Assembly: GCA_013388515.1 (NCBI GenBank)
Contig: JACAFC010000196.1
Coordinates: forward strand, 397-64,396
DNA from: Ignavibacteriaceae bacterium
GTDB lineage: Bacteria > Bacteroidota > Ignavibacteria > Ignavibacteriales > Ignavibacteriaceae
DNA: 64,000 nt
Direction: 5' to 3'
Shown: positions 9,342 through 17,875 of the stretch, in pieces
Layout of the letters: the number at the start of each line of letters is the position of its first letter
How positions within the stretch are numbered: the stretch's first letter is position 1
Notes under the pieces: generated by a model
Databases searched by the model: none
Seen by the model: the letters and a program-made list of their open reading frames with translations, nothing else
Told to the model about the DNA's origin: nothing
Translations under genes and position numbers: made by a program

Positions 9342-9982
9342 TATTCAAACCTGAATATTCTATTTGCAATTTCGGGATTTAATTCAGCAACAATTTTTGC
9401 GGCTGTTTTTTTCTTCATGCTGTAAAGGATGTCTCTAGCCACATTATCGGAATAATTCTGAATTATTTTAGCAGCTTTTTTTGGTTCCATTGCTTCATAG
9501 ATGCTTGTAACATTTTTTAACCAGCTTACATATGCCGTATCTTTTAGTGTTTTAGAACTATTAGAGTTTATGGTACTTGTACCGGTCTTTATCGAATCAA
9601 GCTTTGGCGATTTTGTGTTTAGTGCTAAATCTTGATTTTTTTTGGTGTTTTTGTCTGATACTTCTTTTTGAATAATCGAAGTGTTATCAGAAATTTTATT
9701 TATAGCTGTAGTTTCAGTATTTAGTGTGTCTAGGCTATTGTGAGCTAATAAAGAATCGGTGTGTAATGAATCATTTTGACTTAAGTTGTTATCCGATAAA
9801 AGGGTTTTCAAGGAATCTGTTGCAGCTGCCTTGGTTGAATCTGACAATAATTCAGTACTTGATTTTGGACTAAAATCAAACCAAAAAATATTTTGATAGG
9901 TTGAATTTAGATACATTATAGCTGCTGTAACCAGAATGAATGCAAGAACAAACGGTATTGCATAAAATATTATAGGTTTCAT
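9341..9982 (-). CDS. MgtE_N-like flagellar operon protein (YlxF/MotE/FlbB-type)
   Basis: 213 aa with an N-terminal TM and low-complexity linker. C-terminal EPKKAAKIIQNYSDNVARDILYSMKKKTAAKIVAELNPEIANRIF resembles the MgtE_N repeat of B. subtilis YlxF. Lies between fliJ and fliK as ylxF does. Confidence 0.55.
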   Translation of the reverse strand: MKPIIFYAIPFVLAFILVTAAIMYLNSTYQNIFWFDFSPKSSTELLSDSTKAAATDSLKTLLSDNNLSQNDSLHTDSLLAHNSLDTLNTETTAINKISDNTSIIQKEVSDKNTKKNQDLALNTKSPKLDSIKTGTSTINSNSSKTLKDTAYVSWLKNVTSIYEAMEPKKAAKIIQNYSDNVARDILYSMKKKTAAKIVAELNPEIANRIFRFE

Positions 9983-10416
9983 TTTTTTATCCTCGCAAAT
10001 TTCTGAACCGCCAGTTCGTCAAAATTTTTTAACTCATTGCGATTTTCAGTTATATTAAATTCTTCAATGTGTTTTTCTTCAAGCTTGGTCATCATCTTTT
10101 TTTCTATAGTTTTTTGAATAACTTCTTCAACCTTTTCGCTTTTCTTAACCTTCAACTTATTTATTTCTTTGTCATTCTCGTCAATTTTATGATGCAGTGA
10201 ATTTTTATATTGTGAAAGAAATCTTAGTTCCGAGGCAGAGATTTTCTTATCGTATACAGACATTCTTATAGAATTTACTTCTTCAATCAGTTTTTGTTTC
10301 AATTGTTCGTGTTGACTAATGAATAAATCAATTTGTGCAAGCTCTTTCTGAGCCTTTTTCTCTAAAGCTTCTTTAACTTTTTTTACCGAATTGAACCTGA
10401 AATTGAATTTTGCCAT
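9979..10416 (-). CDS. fliJ: Flagellar export chaperone/stalk protein FliJ
   Basis: 145 aa, highly charged coiled-coil protein directly after fliI. N-terminus FRFNSVKKVKEALEKKAQKELA is FliJ-like. Confidence 0.7.
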   Translation of the reverse strand: MAKFNFRFNSVKKVKEALEKKAQKELAQIDLFISQHEQLKQKLIEEVNSIRMSVYDKKISASELRFLSQYKNSLHHKIDENDKEINKLKVKKSEKVEEVIQKTIEKKMMTKLEEKHIEEFNITENRNELKNFDELAVQKFARIKK

Positions 10417-10423
10417 AATGAAT

Positions 10424-11746
10424 TTATATCTCTATTAATTCGCTTAGACGCTTAATTGTAGAGTCGAAATCTGCTTTTTCAAACATATCTTGCTTTAGGA
10501 ATGATCTCAGTTGTCCCATTTTAGAAAGCGCATGATCAATTTGCGGATTACTGCCTTTAACATAAGCACCGATATTAATTAGATCTTCGGCCTCTTTGTA
10601 AGTAGCAAGAATTTCGTTGAAAATAATTGTCCGCTTGCGATGATCTTCGGTTACTATGTCCGGCATAACACGGCTTATACTTTGCAGAGGGTCCACTGCA
10701 GGAAACTGCCCGCTGTTCGCCAATTTTCTGGTTAGTACAATGTGTCCATCAAGAATTGATCGCACAGTATCAGCAATTGGCTCGGTTAAATCATCTCCAT
10801 CTACAAGCACGTTGTAAAGGCCTGTAATAGAAGCGTTATCAGTTGTACCTGCTCTCTCAAGAAGTTTTGGAAGAATAGCAAACACGGAAGGAGTATATCC
10901 TTTTGTTGTAGGTGGTTCGCCAATCGTTAATCCAATTTCACGCTGAGCCATAGCAAATCGTGTGACTGAATCCATCATCAATAATACATTCATGCCTAAG
11001 TCACGGAAATATTCTGCTATGGTAGTTCCGATATAAGCGCCTTTCATTCTAACTAAAGCAGATTTATCACTTGTTGCTACTACAACAACTGATCTCTTTA
11101 GTCCTTCCTCTCCAAGATCTTTTTCAATAAATTCTCTTACTTCTCGTCCACGCTCGCCAATTAATATTATTACATTAATATCTGCGTTTGTATTTCTTGC
11201 AATCATACCAAGTGTTACACTTTTGCCTACTCCACTTCCAGCAAAAATTCCAACTCGTTGTCCTTTACCTATGGTTAATAAACCGTCTATCGCTCTAACC
11301 CCAGTTTGGAGGGGAGCAAAAATTCTTTTTCGTTCCAATGGATTTGGTGGTTCGCGATGTAATGAACGGTATGAGGTAAATTTAATTTCACCTTTTCCAT
11401 CCATTGGTCTTCCAAGACCATCAATTACTCTTCCCAATAGTGCTTTTCCAACACCCACTTTAAAACTTTTTCCGGTTGCGATTATCTCACAGTTAGGTGA
11501 TATATCATTTACTTCACCAAGTGCGATGGAGAGTACTTTCCCATCCTTAAACCCAACAACTTCACATTTACATACTTCGCTGCCATTCTTATTAATTACA
11601 GTGCAAATCTCACCTAGTGAAACATTTGGACCGGTTGAAATAATTACTAAACCAATTAAATCAGTTACTTTACCATTTAACTTAATTAGGTCGGTATTCT
11701 TTATTTTCTCAGCGATTTGCTCTGTAAACTGATCGACAAGATTCAT
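10424..11746 (-). CDS. fliI: Flagellum-specific ATPase FliI
   Basis: 440 aa. Walker A GSGVGKS, Walker B LLMMDS, F1/T3SS ATPase family throughout. Confidence 0.97.
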   Translation of the reverse strand: MNLVDQFTEQIAEKIKNTDLIKLNGKVTDLIGLVIISTGPNVSLGEICTVINKNGSEVCKCEVVGFKDGKVLSIALGEVNDISPNCEIIATGKSFKVGVGKALLGRVIDGLGRPMDGKGEIKFTSYRSLHREPPNPLERKRIFAPLQTGVRAIDGLLTIGKGQRVGIFAGSGVGKSVTLGMIARNTNADINVIILIGERGREVREFIEKDLGEEGLKRSVVVVATSDKSALVRMKGAYIGTTIAEYFRDLGMNVLLMMDSVTRFAMAQREIGLTIGEPPTTKGYTPSVFAILPKLLERAGTTDNASITGLYNVLVDGDDLTEPIADTVRSILDGHIVLTRKLANSGQFPAVDPLQSISRVMPDIVTEDHRKRTIIFNEILATYKEAEDLINIGAYVKGSNPQIDHALSKMGQLRSFLKQDMFEKADFDSTIKRLSELIEI

Positions 11747-12381
11747 AAGTAATTAATTCCAGTACTATCATCAAATTCAATTTTCTTTTTAAGCTCGTTC
11801 AATTGTGAGGAAATTCGTCCATCTGCATTTCCAATCTCGCTTTCCACCAAACACCCTCCAATTTCAATTCTGTCGTCTTGCTCAAACTGAATTTTTGTAA
11901 AAGAATCTTTCATGTTATGTTTTTTGCCTTCCGAGAGTATTGATTCGTAGTCTTTTGGGTGTAACCGAACCAATATCTTATTTGCGCCTATTACTTTTCT
12001 TAGCGATTCATTTAACACCGATGTTATTATGGATTCACGATTTAATTCCTTGCTCAATATTTTTTCGGCTAGAATAAACGCTGTATCTATTACAAGTTTT
12101 TCGTACTGATTAGTGAATTCAATAATTTTTTGATCAAGCTTAGAAATAAAATTATCTAGCTCTTCATACTTTTGAGTAAGATTTTGGTTAAAAACAGACT
12201 CAAATTTAAGCTTCGCGGTTTTTTCACCATCAGCAAAACCGTTGCTGTATTGCTTGTGCAAAGCAAGTTGAAGTTTTTCCTTTTCTGATTCTTCGTGGGG
12301 CTGAGGAAGTGTGTAATCCTTAATTGAAGCAGTGATCTTAGTATTTTTTTTTTGCACTTTTATAACATTAGACATACACAT
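11743..12381 (-). CDS. fliH: Flagellar assembly protein FliH
   Basis: 212 aa. C-terminal FliH motif RLHPKDYESI...IEIGGCLVESEIGNADGRISSQL. 4-nt overlap with fliI. True start may be the internal Met at 12375. Confidence 0.8.
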   Translation of the reverse strand: MCMSNVIKVQKKNTKITASIKDYTLPQPHEESEKEKLQLALHKQYSNGFADGEKTAKLKFESVFNQNLTQKYEELDNFISKLDQKIIEFTNQYEKLVIDTAFILAEKILSKELNRESIITSVLNESLRKVIGANKILVRLHPKDYESILSEGKKHNMKDSFTKIQFEQDDRIEIGGCLVESEIGNADGRISSQLNELKKKIEFDDSTGINYL

Positions 12382-13429
12382 CCTCTTTACCGCCGGTGAG
12401 GTTAAGCGAAATTTCTCCTGTTTCTTCTAAGCTTTTAACCACATCTATAATTCTTCCCTGAGCAGTCTCAACTTCCTTCAATTTTACCATTCCCATATAT
12501 TGAAGTTCTTCCTTAAGCAGCTCTGCAGCTCGTTCTGACATGTTAGCAAATATTTTATTGCGTAACTTTTCATCTGCAACCTTAAGTGCAAGTGCAAGGT
12601 CTTTCCTGTCAACTTCTTTTAGGATTTTCTGGATATCCTTATCTTGAATTGCTATTATATCTTCAAATAAGAACATTAATAGTTTTATCTCAATAGCTAC
12701 CTCCGAGTCTTTAGTATCTATTTTCTCAAGTATTTCTTTACTCAGATTTACATTCAATCTATTTAGGATAGCTGCAAGACTTTTTGTACCGCCGACTTTA
12801 CTAATAGCTTGACTCATTGAAGTACCCGCCATTTCGTCGACAACATGCTCAATTTGTTTTAGCGTTACGGGTGAAACCTTGCCTAAAGTTGCTATTCTAT
12901 AGGCAACATCCGAACGTAATGGTTCTGCAAGTTCTTTTAGTGTTTCAGCAGTTTGCTCGGGGCTAAGATGCGATAAAATTAAGGCGATTGTTTGCGGGTG
13001 TTCTTTAATTAAGAAATTTACCAATTGTGTTGATTCTGCTTTTTTAAGTACATCAAAACCGCGTAAAGTTGTAAGCGTTTTAACTTTTTCTATTATTTCG
13101 AATGCTTTTGTAGATCCAAAGGATTTTTCCAAAACAGCCTGTGCATATTCTAACCCACCTTCAAGTACATATTCACGAGCAGTAACCATGTCGTAAAAAT
13201 CTTGCATTACCGTATCAATGGTACTCGACGGTATATTTTTAACTCTGGTTATTTCGGCAGAAATTTTTTCAACTTGTTCGGGGTCTAAATATTTAAATAC
13301 TGATGCAGCAGTCTCAATATTTAGTGCAATCAATAAAAGGGCTGCTTTTTGAACACCGGTTATTTCCGTTGTTCGATCAATTCTTTCGGGTAATGTAGTT
13401 TCAGCTTTCATCTTCATGTAACCATGCAT
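12368..13429 (-). CDS. fliG: Flagellar motor switch protein FliG
   Basis: 353 aa with FliG N, middle and C domains (GVQKAALLLIALN...; EHPQTIALILSHL; MSERAAELLKEEL). Start ambiguous (Met at 13429, 13417 or 13411); overlaps the fliF 3' end. Confidence 0.95.
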   Translation of the reverse strand: MHGYMKMKAETTLPERIDRTTEITGVQKAALLLIALNIETAASVFKYLDPEQVEKISAEITRVKNIPSSTIDTVMQDFYDMVTAREYVLEGGLEYAQAVLEKSFGSTKAFEIIEKVKTLTTLRGFDVLKKAESTQLVNFLIKEHPQTIALILSHLSPEQTAETLKELAEPLRSDVAYRIATLGKVSPVTLKQIEHVVDEMAGTSMSQAISKVGGTKSLAAILNRLNVNLSKEILEKIDTKDSEVAIEIKLLMFLFEDIIAIQDKDIQKILKEVDRKDLALALKVADEKLRNKIFANMSERAAELLKEELQYMGMVKLKEVETAQGRIIDVVKSLEETGEISLNLTGGKEDVYV

Positions 13430-14999
13430 TTATTAATTTTGCGGCTTCAGTTGGGCTTTTACTTACGTAATTACTTATTTTATCTTGTCGCGTTCGTTTT
13501 CTCATAGCTTCATCGGAAATTTCATCTTCGATGTCACCAATTTGAATTAATTCTTTTTTCTTTTTTACTTCCGATAAAGCTTTGGGTATTGATTTAGCTA
13601 TTATTTGAGAAGGTTCAGACATTGTTTCGGCAGTTTGTCCAACAGACAGAGTGCCAAGCAATAATTTTTCGGATTTTAATTTTCCAAGGAGGCCCTTAAT
13701 TAAAAATAGTGAACCTGCAATTGCAAATACAACGAGTACAATGTTAATTATGCCGTTTGAATCTTGAAACCAAGTTGCACTTTCTTCAACGAGTTCTTCG
13801 TTTTGTTTTGTTTCAAAGGGAAAATTAACAAGTGAGAACTGATCATTACGCTCAACATTAAGGCCGACTGCATTCTTGATTAATTCTTCAAGTTTTTGCA
13901 TTTGCTCTGCAGGGCGCGGCTCGTAAACAGTTTCTACTGCATCACCTTTTTTTACTTCCTTTGCAACGTCGTTTATAACAGCTGCTACACTTAATCTAAC
14001 AATGTTTCCTGTACCTTCGACAACTCGTTGAATTGTTTTGCTTATTTCATAATTAGTGGTTGAGCTTTCGTTAAATTGTGCAGAAGTATCGCTTACAGAT
14101 TTGCCATTATTGTTTGAGCGCATAGTCTGTTCACTAACAACTACTTGCTGATCAGGATCATATGATTCCATGGTCTTTTCAACTTGATCAAAATTTAAAT
14201 CAGCATTTACTTGGACCAATGCGTTGCCGTAGCCCAAGACATTATCTAACAGGTTCTGGGCTTTTTGCGCTAAATAAGTCTCAACCGAATTTTGAATTTC
14301 ATATTGTTTTGTGCTGGAAAATGATAGAGAGTTTTCGCCGCTCTCTTTCCATAACAATCTCCCCTGAGTATCTATTAATGTAATTGAGTTTGAGGACAAT
14401 CCTTCCACTGCACTTGCTACTAAATTAACTATTGCCATGCAGTTTGCCTTTGGCAGAGAAAAATTTTCTTTCAATTTAAGTACAATGGATGCAGTAGGTT
14501 GTTTTTGTTCATCTTTGAAAATAGCTTTTTCCGGAACTACTATGTGAACTCTTACTCCTGTTACGCCTTCTTGTCCTAAAATTGTTCTAGCAAGTTCGCC
14601 TTCTAAAGCTCGTTTGTAGTTTAGTTTTTGCATGAATTCCGACATTCCCATTGTGGATTTATCAAAAACTTCATAACCAATTGTACCTGAAGCAGGAATT
14701 CCTCTGCCTGCCAATGCAAGTCTTGTTTCGTAAACTTTATCTTTAGGTACTTTAATTGTACTGCCGTTATCTTCAATTTTATAAGGGATTTTTTGTGAAG
14801 TTAAATATTCCACTACTTTTGATGCATCCTCGGATGCCATGTTTGAATACAACGATGAGTAAGAAGGTTCGTTTAAGAACGTTATAAGTACAATAATTAG
14901 GATTGCAGTTATTAAAGCAGAACCGCCAATTATAACTTTTTGCTGAAGACTTAATTGGTTAAGAAAACTTGTTAGAGCTTCGGTTGGTTTTTTATTCAT
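13401..14999 (-). CDS. fliF: Flagellar MS-ring protein FliF
   Basis: 532 aa with an N-terminal TM, YscJ/FliF domain (YKIEDNGSTIKVPKDKVYETRLALAGRGIP), a second TM and a C-terminal FliG-binding tail. Confidence 0.95.
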   Translation of the reverse strand: MNKKPTEALTSFLNQLSLQQKVIIGGSALITAILIIVLITFLNEPSYSSLYSNMASEDASKVVEYLTSQKIPYKIEDNGSTIKVPKDKVYETRLALAGRGIPASGTIGYEVFDKSTMGMSEFMQKLNYKRALEGELARTILGQEGVTGVRVHIVVPEKAIFKDEQKQPTASIVLKLKENFSLPKANCMAIVNLVASAVEGLSSNSITLIDTQGRLLWKESGENSLSFSSTKQYEIQNSVETYLAQKAQNLLDNVLGYGNALVQVNADLNFDQVEKTMESYDPDQQVVVSEQTMRSNNNGKSVSDTSAQFNESSTTNYEISKTIQRVVEGTGNIVRLSVAAVINDVAKEVKKGDAVETVYEPRPAEQMQKLEELIKNAVGLNVERNDQFSLVNFPFETKQNEELVEESATWFQDSNGIINIVLVVFAIAGSLFLIKGLLGKLKSEKLLLGTLSVGQTAETMSEPSQIIAKSIPKALSEVKKKKELIQIGDIEDEISDEAMRKRTRQDKISNYVSKSPTEAAKLINAWLHEDES

Positions 15000-15002
15000 A
15001 TG

Positions 15003-15293
15003 CTATATAGACATTCTGGTTAATTCTTTGTACATGTCAACAGTTTTATTCCTGATTTCCATTAATAATTCTAAACTTGTTTTGGCTTTTTCACCTGCAA
15101 TCATTACTTCATGGATTTCCACATTCTCCCCATTAATAAAGTTTTTGGTTATGCTTGCTGCATCAAATTGCGATTGATTAACGTCTCCGATGAATTCAGT
15201 AAGGATATTTCCAAATCCTTCAACTGCGGATTGCACTTGCTCTTTTTTACCAACTATGGATGGAAGATTAGTTGAAATTGATTCTATTGCCAT
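15003..15293 (-). CDS. fliE: Flagellar hook-basal body complex protein FliE
   Basis: FliE C-terminal motif VEIHEVMIAGEKAKTSLELLMEIRNKTVDMYKELTRM. The ORF track starts at 15311. I prefer the ATG at 15293 (MAIESI...): it sits 1 nt after the upstream ORF stop, has an AAGAAAGG SD-like purine run, and removes the overlap. Confidence 0.85.
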   Translation of the reverse strand: MAIESISTNLPSIVGKKEQVQSAVEGFGNILTEFIGDVNQSQFDAASITKNFINGENVEIHEVMIAGEKAKTSLELLMEIRNKTVDMYKELTRMSI

Positions 15294-15294
15294 A

Positions 15295-15537
15295 TTAACC
15301 TTTCTTGTCAAAGTTTGTTCCTACACTAACACCATTCATTTTACCGGATCTTTCATAAAATGAATAGTTCATTATTTCCTGACCTTTATCAGGATATAGT
15401 TTCGCGAAAAATTTTTTTTCTTCAGTATTTATTTTTTCCTTTTCGGCAGCAGCTTTAGTTTTAACTTCTGCGTTTCTATAATTAGTATTTACCAGTTTTG
15501 AGTTATAGTTTCCAATTGAATTAAGGTTTACAGCCAT
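15295..15537 (-). CDS. Hypothetical 80-aa protein inserted between flgC and fliE
   Basis: ORF packed within 2 nt on each side (flgC stop at 15540, fliE ATG at 15293). Hydrophilic, with no TM. No family recognised by eye. Confidence 0.4.
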   Translation of the reverse strand: MAVNLNSIGNYNSKLVNTNYRNAEVKTKAAAEKEKINTEEKKFFAKLYPDKGQEIMNYSFYERSGKMNGVSVGTNFDKKG

Positions 15538-15539
15538 AA

Positions 15540-16037
15540 TTAAATCTCCAATGAATCTTTAGCCATTTGTTTTGATGAATTAAAGGCGGTTAGATTAGCT
15601 TCGTAACTGCGTGTTGCGGCTATCATGTCTATCATTTCGGTAATTGTATTGATGTTTGAAAGTTGAACATAGCCATCCTTATTTGCATTTGGGTGCTCGG
15701 GCATGTACACAATATCGCCTTGGGAATTATCTTCTTGAACTTTGAAATCTAAGCCGGTAGTTGTTTTACCGGACATTTCGAATTTCATTGGTTTTGAAAT
15801 ATGATTTGGATTACTGGTTGATAACCCAATAGTTTGTTTAAGATCATCGAAGAAATTCCGAAATACGTTTTTCTTTTGCGATACAGAAAGCGTCTTGCGG
15901 TTAATTGGCTTGCCATCTTCTGTTCTTACTGTGTTACCATTTGCTAAATTCTCAGCAATAAGGTTCATTTTCTTTCTTTGAACACTAAGCCCATCGGAGC
16001 TAATGCCAAATCCGAAAAAATTATTTCCAATTTTCAA
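15540..16037 (-). CDS. flgC: Flagellar basal-body rod protein FlgC
   Basis: 165 aa. N-terminal SSDGLSVQRKKMNLIAENLAN and C-terminal ITEMIDMIAATRSYEANLTAFNSSKQMAKDSLEI are canonical FlgC. Confidence 0.93.
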   Translation of the reverse strand: MKIGNNFFGFGISSDGLSVQRKKMNLIAENLANGNTVRTEDGKPINRKTLSVSQKKNVFRNFFDDLKQTIGLSTSNPNHISKPMKFEMSGKTTTGLDFKVQEDNSQGDIVYMPEHPNANKDGYVQLSNINTITEMIDMIAATRSYEANLTAFNSSKQMAKDSLEI

Positions 16038-16423
16038 AGCTTACCTCCGCCTTTAATAACGTTTTGAAGTGTCCTGTAATAATCACCAATTTTTCTAGAT
16101 GCAAACCTGAAATGAATTGTATTGGCAGCTAAATCTGCCATTTCTTTGTCAATATCAACATTATTAACGCCAGAAACATTCTCAAGGCTGTTATCCCTAA
16201 TAATCTCAAAATCTTTATTTGCTGATTGCTCAGAATGAATATGTTTTGAGCTAGTAGTTTTAAGGATTGAAGCTAGGTTGGAGTTCATTAAATCTTTGAA
16301 CTCTACATCTTCTCTATTATAATTCTCGGTGCCTACGTTTGCAATGTTTTTGCTAAGGGTCTTATTCTTTACAGAACAGTAATCAATGAACCTCTCAAGC
16401 GATTTTATATATGGTGTTTGCAT
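16034..16423 (-). CDS. flgB: Flagellar basal-body rod protein FlgB
   Basis: 129 aa. Rod N-terminal motif LSKNIANVGTENY and C-terminal DKEMADLAANTIHFRFASRKI. First gene after a 121-nt spacer; 4-nt overlap with flgC. Confidence 0.9.
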   Translation of the reverse strand: MQTPYIKSLERFIDYCSVKNKTLSKNIANVGTENYNREDVEFKDLMNSNLASILKTTSSKHIHSEQSANKDFEIIRDNSLENVSGVNNVDIDKEMADLAANTIHFRFASRKIGDYYRTLQNVIKGGGKL

Positions 16424-16451
16424 ATCATTTCCATTTAATTAGTAATGGAAA

Positions 16452-16467
16452 AACAATTATAATACCA
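16452..16467 (-). promoter_or_regulatory. Candidate promoter core upstream of flgB (perfect TATAAT; overlapping degenerate sigma54-like TGGTAT-N5-TTGT)
   Basis: Minus strand TGGTATTATAATTGTT, ~30 nt upstream of the flgB ATG. TATAAT lies at 16461..16456. No good -35 element, and the -12 GC is replaced by GT. Confidence 0.2.
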
Positions 16468-16544
16468 TCGTAAAATTGAGAAAGGATTGCGGTTTTGTGC
16501 GGAATTAAAAAGTAATTTGGCTAAATGTGGGCAGTTGTAAATTA

Positions 16545-16790
16545 TTATTCAGAATAGTCAAGTACCAGCGATTTTGTTTGGCCGCACGAACAAATAAATC
16601 TAATTTCCTTTAAATTGCCATCGCCGTCTTTATGCAGAACTACTTTAATTCCTTCACTAGTGTCTTCTTCGAATGAAATTTGTGAAACGCCCTGCATAAC
16701 AACATTATGAGATTTTATAACATTCGAGTTGCGGGTTTTAGAGCTGGTTGTTACGAGATTAAAAAATGAATCCTGAAAAGAATTACTCAT
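16545..16790 (-). CDS. Hypothetical 81-aa protein translationally coupled to cheB
   Basis: Start overlaps the cheB stop by 8 nt; last ORF of the che operon. Contains a CxC (FICSCGQ) in a predicted beta-rich C-terminal half. No family recognised. Confidence 0.4.
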   Translation of the reverse strand: MSNSFQDSFFNLVTTSSKTRNSNVIKSHNVVMQGVSQISFEEDTSEGIKVVLHKDGDGNLKEIRFICSCGQTKSLVLDYSE

Positions 16791-17874
16791 TAAACACCTT
16801 ATTAATTTGATTTGCGATATTATCTAATGGTAGAATTAAGTCAGCTGTGCCGTTATCTACTACTGCTTTTGGCATTCCATACACAACGGATGTTTCTTCA
16901 TCCTGAGCAATAGTATATCCACCCTGTTGTTTAAGTTTTTTTACAGCTTCCGAACCATCTTTCCCCATCCCAGTCATAATAACTGCTAGTGTGTGTTTAG
17001 CTCCGAAAACATTTGTAATTGAATCCAGCATAATATCAACTGATGGGCGATGTAAAGTGTCATTTGGATATTCGGAAACAATTATTTCATATTTATTTTT
17101 CGAATTCTTATTCGCAGTCATGTGAAAGCCACCAGGTGCCATATAAACTACACCGGGTCTTATTTCTTCAAAATTTTCTGCTTCTTTTACTTCAATATCA
17201 CTCATTCCATTTAACCTATCGGCAAGCGACTTGGTAAACTTGGGGGGCATATGCTGAACTATAAATATTGGAGCGGAAATACTGCTATGAAGTTTTGGTA
17301 CTAATTTTTGAAGTGATAGTGGTCCACCGGTAGAAATACCTATGGCAACTGCTCTACAATCAAACTGGGGGAGTGAGGTATTTCCTAAAAGCGATTTTGC
17401 TGGTTGAGATGGCTTAGTAGTTCTACGAAGCTGAATATTTTTTATTCTCTTTAAGCGTATGCTTAAAGATTTTTGACGGACTATTTCTTTTACTTTATTA
17501 ATCAGTTCTTCTCTGATTTTAACAATATTTACATTTACATATGAAAGTTCTTTGGGTATAAAATCCACCGCTCCATATTCTAAAGCTTTAATTGTTTCTT
17601 CAGCGCCTTGTGTTGTAAGCGAACTTACCATCAACACCGGCGTGGGAAAGTCACTCATTATTTTTTGCAAAGCTGTCAGTCCATCCATTTTAGGCATTTC
17701 GATATCCATTGTAATTATATCTGGTACTTTTTCTTTTACCATTTGGATACCTTCAAGACCATCTTTAGCACAGCCGATAACTTCAATTTCACCGGAACTT
17801 TCTAACATTAGAGTTAAAGACTTTCGCATAAAAGCTGAATCATCCACAATGAGAGCTTTAATTTTCCTTGTCAT
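16783..17874 (-). CDS. cheB: Chemotaxis response regulator protein-glutamate methylesterase CheB
   Basis: 363 aa. N-terminal receiver (ALIVDDS...DIITMDIEMPKMDG) plus a CheB methylesterase domain (IAIGISTGGP...HRPSVD...MTGMGKDG). Confidence 0.95.
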   Translation of the reverse strand: MTRKIKALIVDDSAFMRKSLTLMLESSGEIEVIGCAKDGLEGIQMVKEKVPDIITMDIEMPKMDGLTALQKIMSDFPTPVLMVSSLTTQGAEETIKALEYGAVDFIPKELSYVNVNIVKIREELINKVKEIVRQKSLSIRLKRIKNIQLRRTTKPSQPAKSLLGNTSLPQFDCRAVAIGISTGGPLSLQKLVPKLHSSISAPIFIVQHMPPKFTKSLADRLNGMSDIEVKEAENFEEIRPGVVYMAPGGFHMTANKNSKNKYEIIVSEYPNDTLHRPSVDIMLDSITNVFGAKHTLAVIMTGMGKDGSEAVKKLKQQGGYTIAQDEETSVVYGMPKAVVDNGTADLILPLDNIANQINKVFNE

Positions 17875-17875
17875 T

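Noticed and set aside
11223-11732. 169-aa plus-strand ORF antisense to fliI. It stands for about 45 similar plus-strand ORFs in the track, e.g. 142..429, 2701..3093, 5003..5245, 17552..17908, 18294..18761, 25484..25825, 29897..30343, 31373..31747, 33955..34368, 38348..38632, 46360..46689 and 58685..58951.
   Set aside because: Each lies entirely inside a minus-strand gene with unmistakable family motifs. Their translations are low-complexity (S/F/L/I-rich), typical of the antisense frame of AT-rich coding DNA. None has a plausible SD or an independent spacer.
15295-15311. 17-nt overlap between the 80-aa ORF and the fliE ORF as drawn in the track
   Set aside because: The overlap disappears if fliE starts at the ATG at 15293 (MAIESI...). 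That start has a purine-rich SD-like sequence and matches typical FliE length, so I treat the longer fliE start at 15311 as an ORF-caller artefact.
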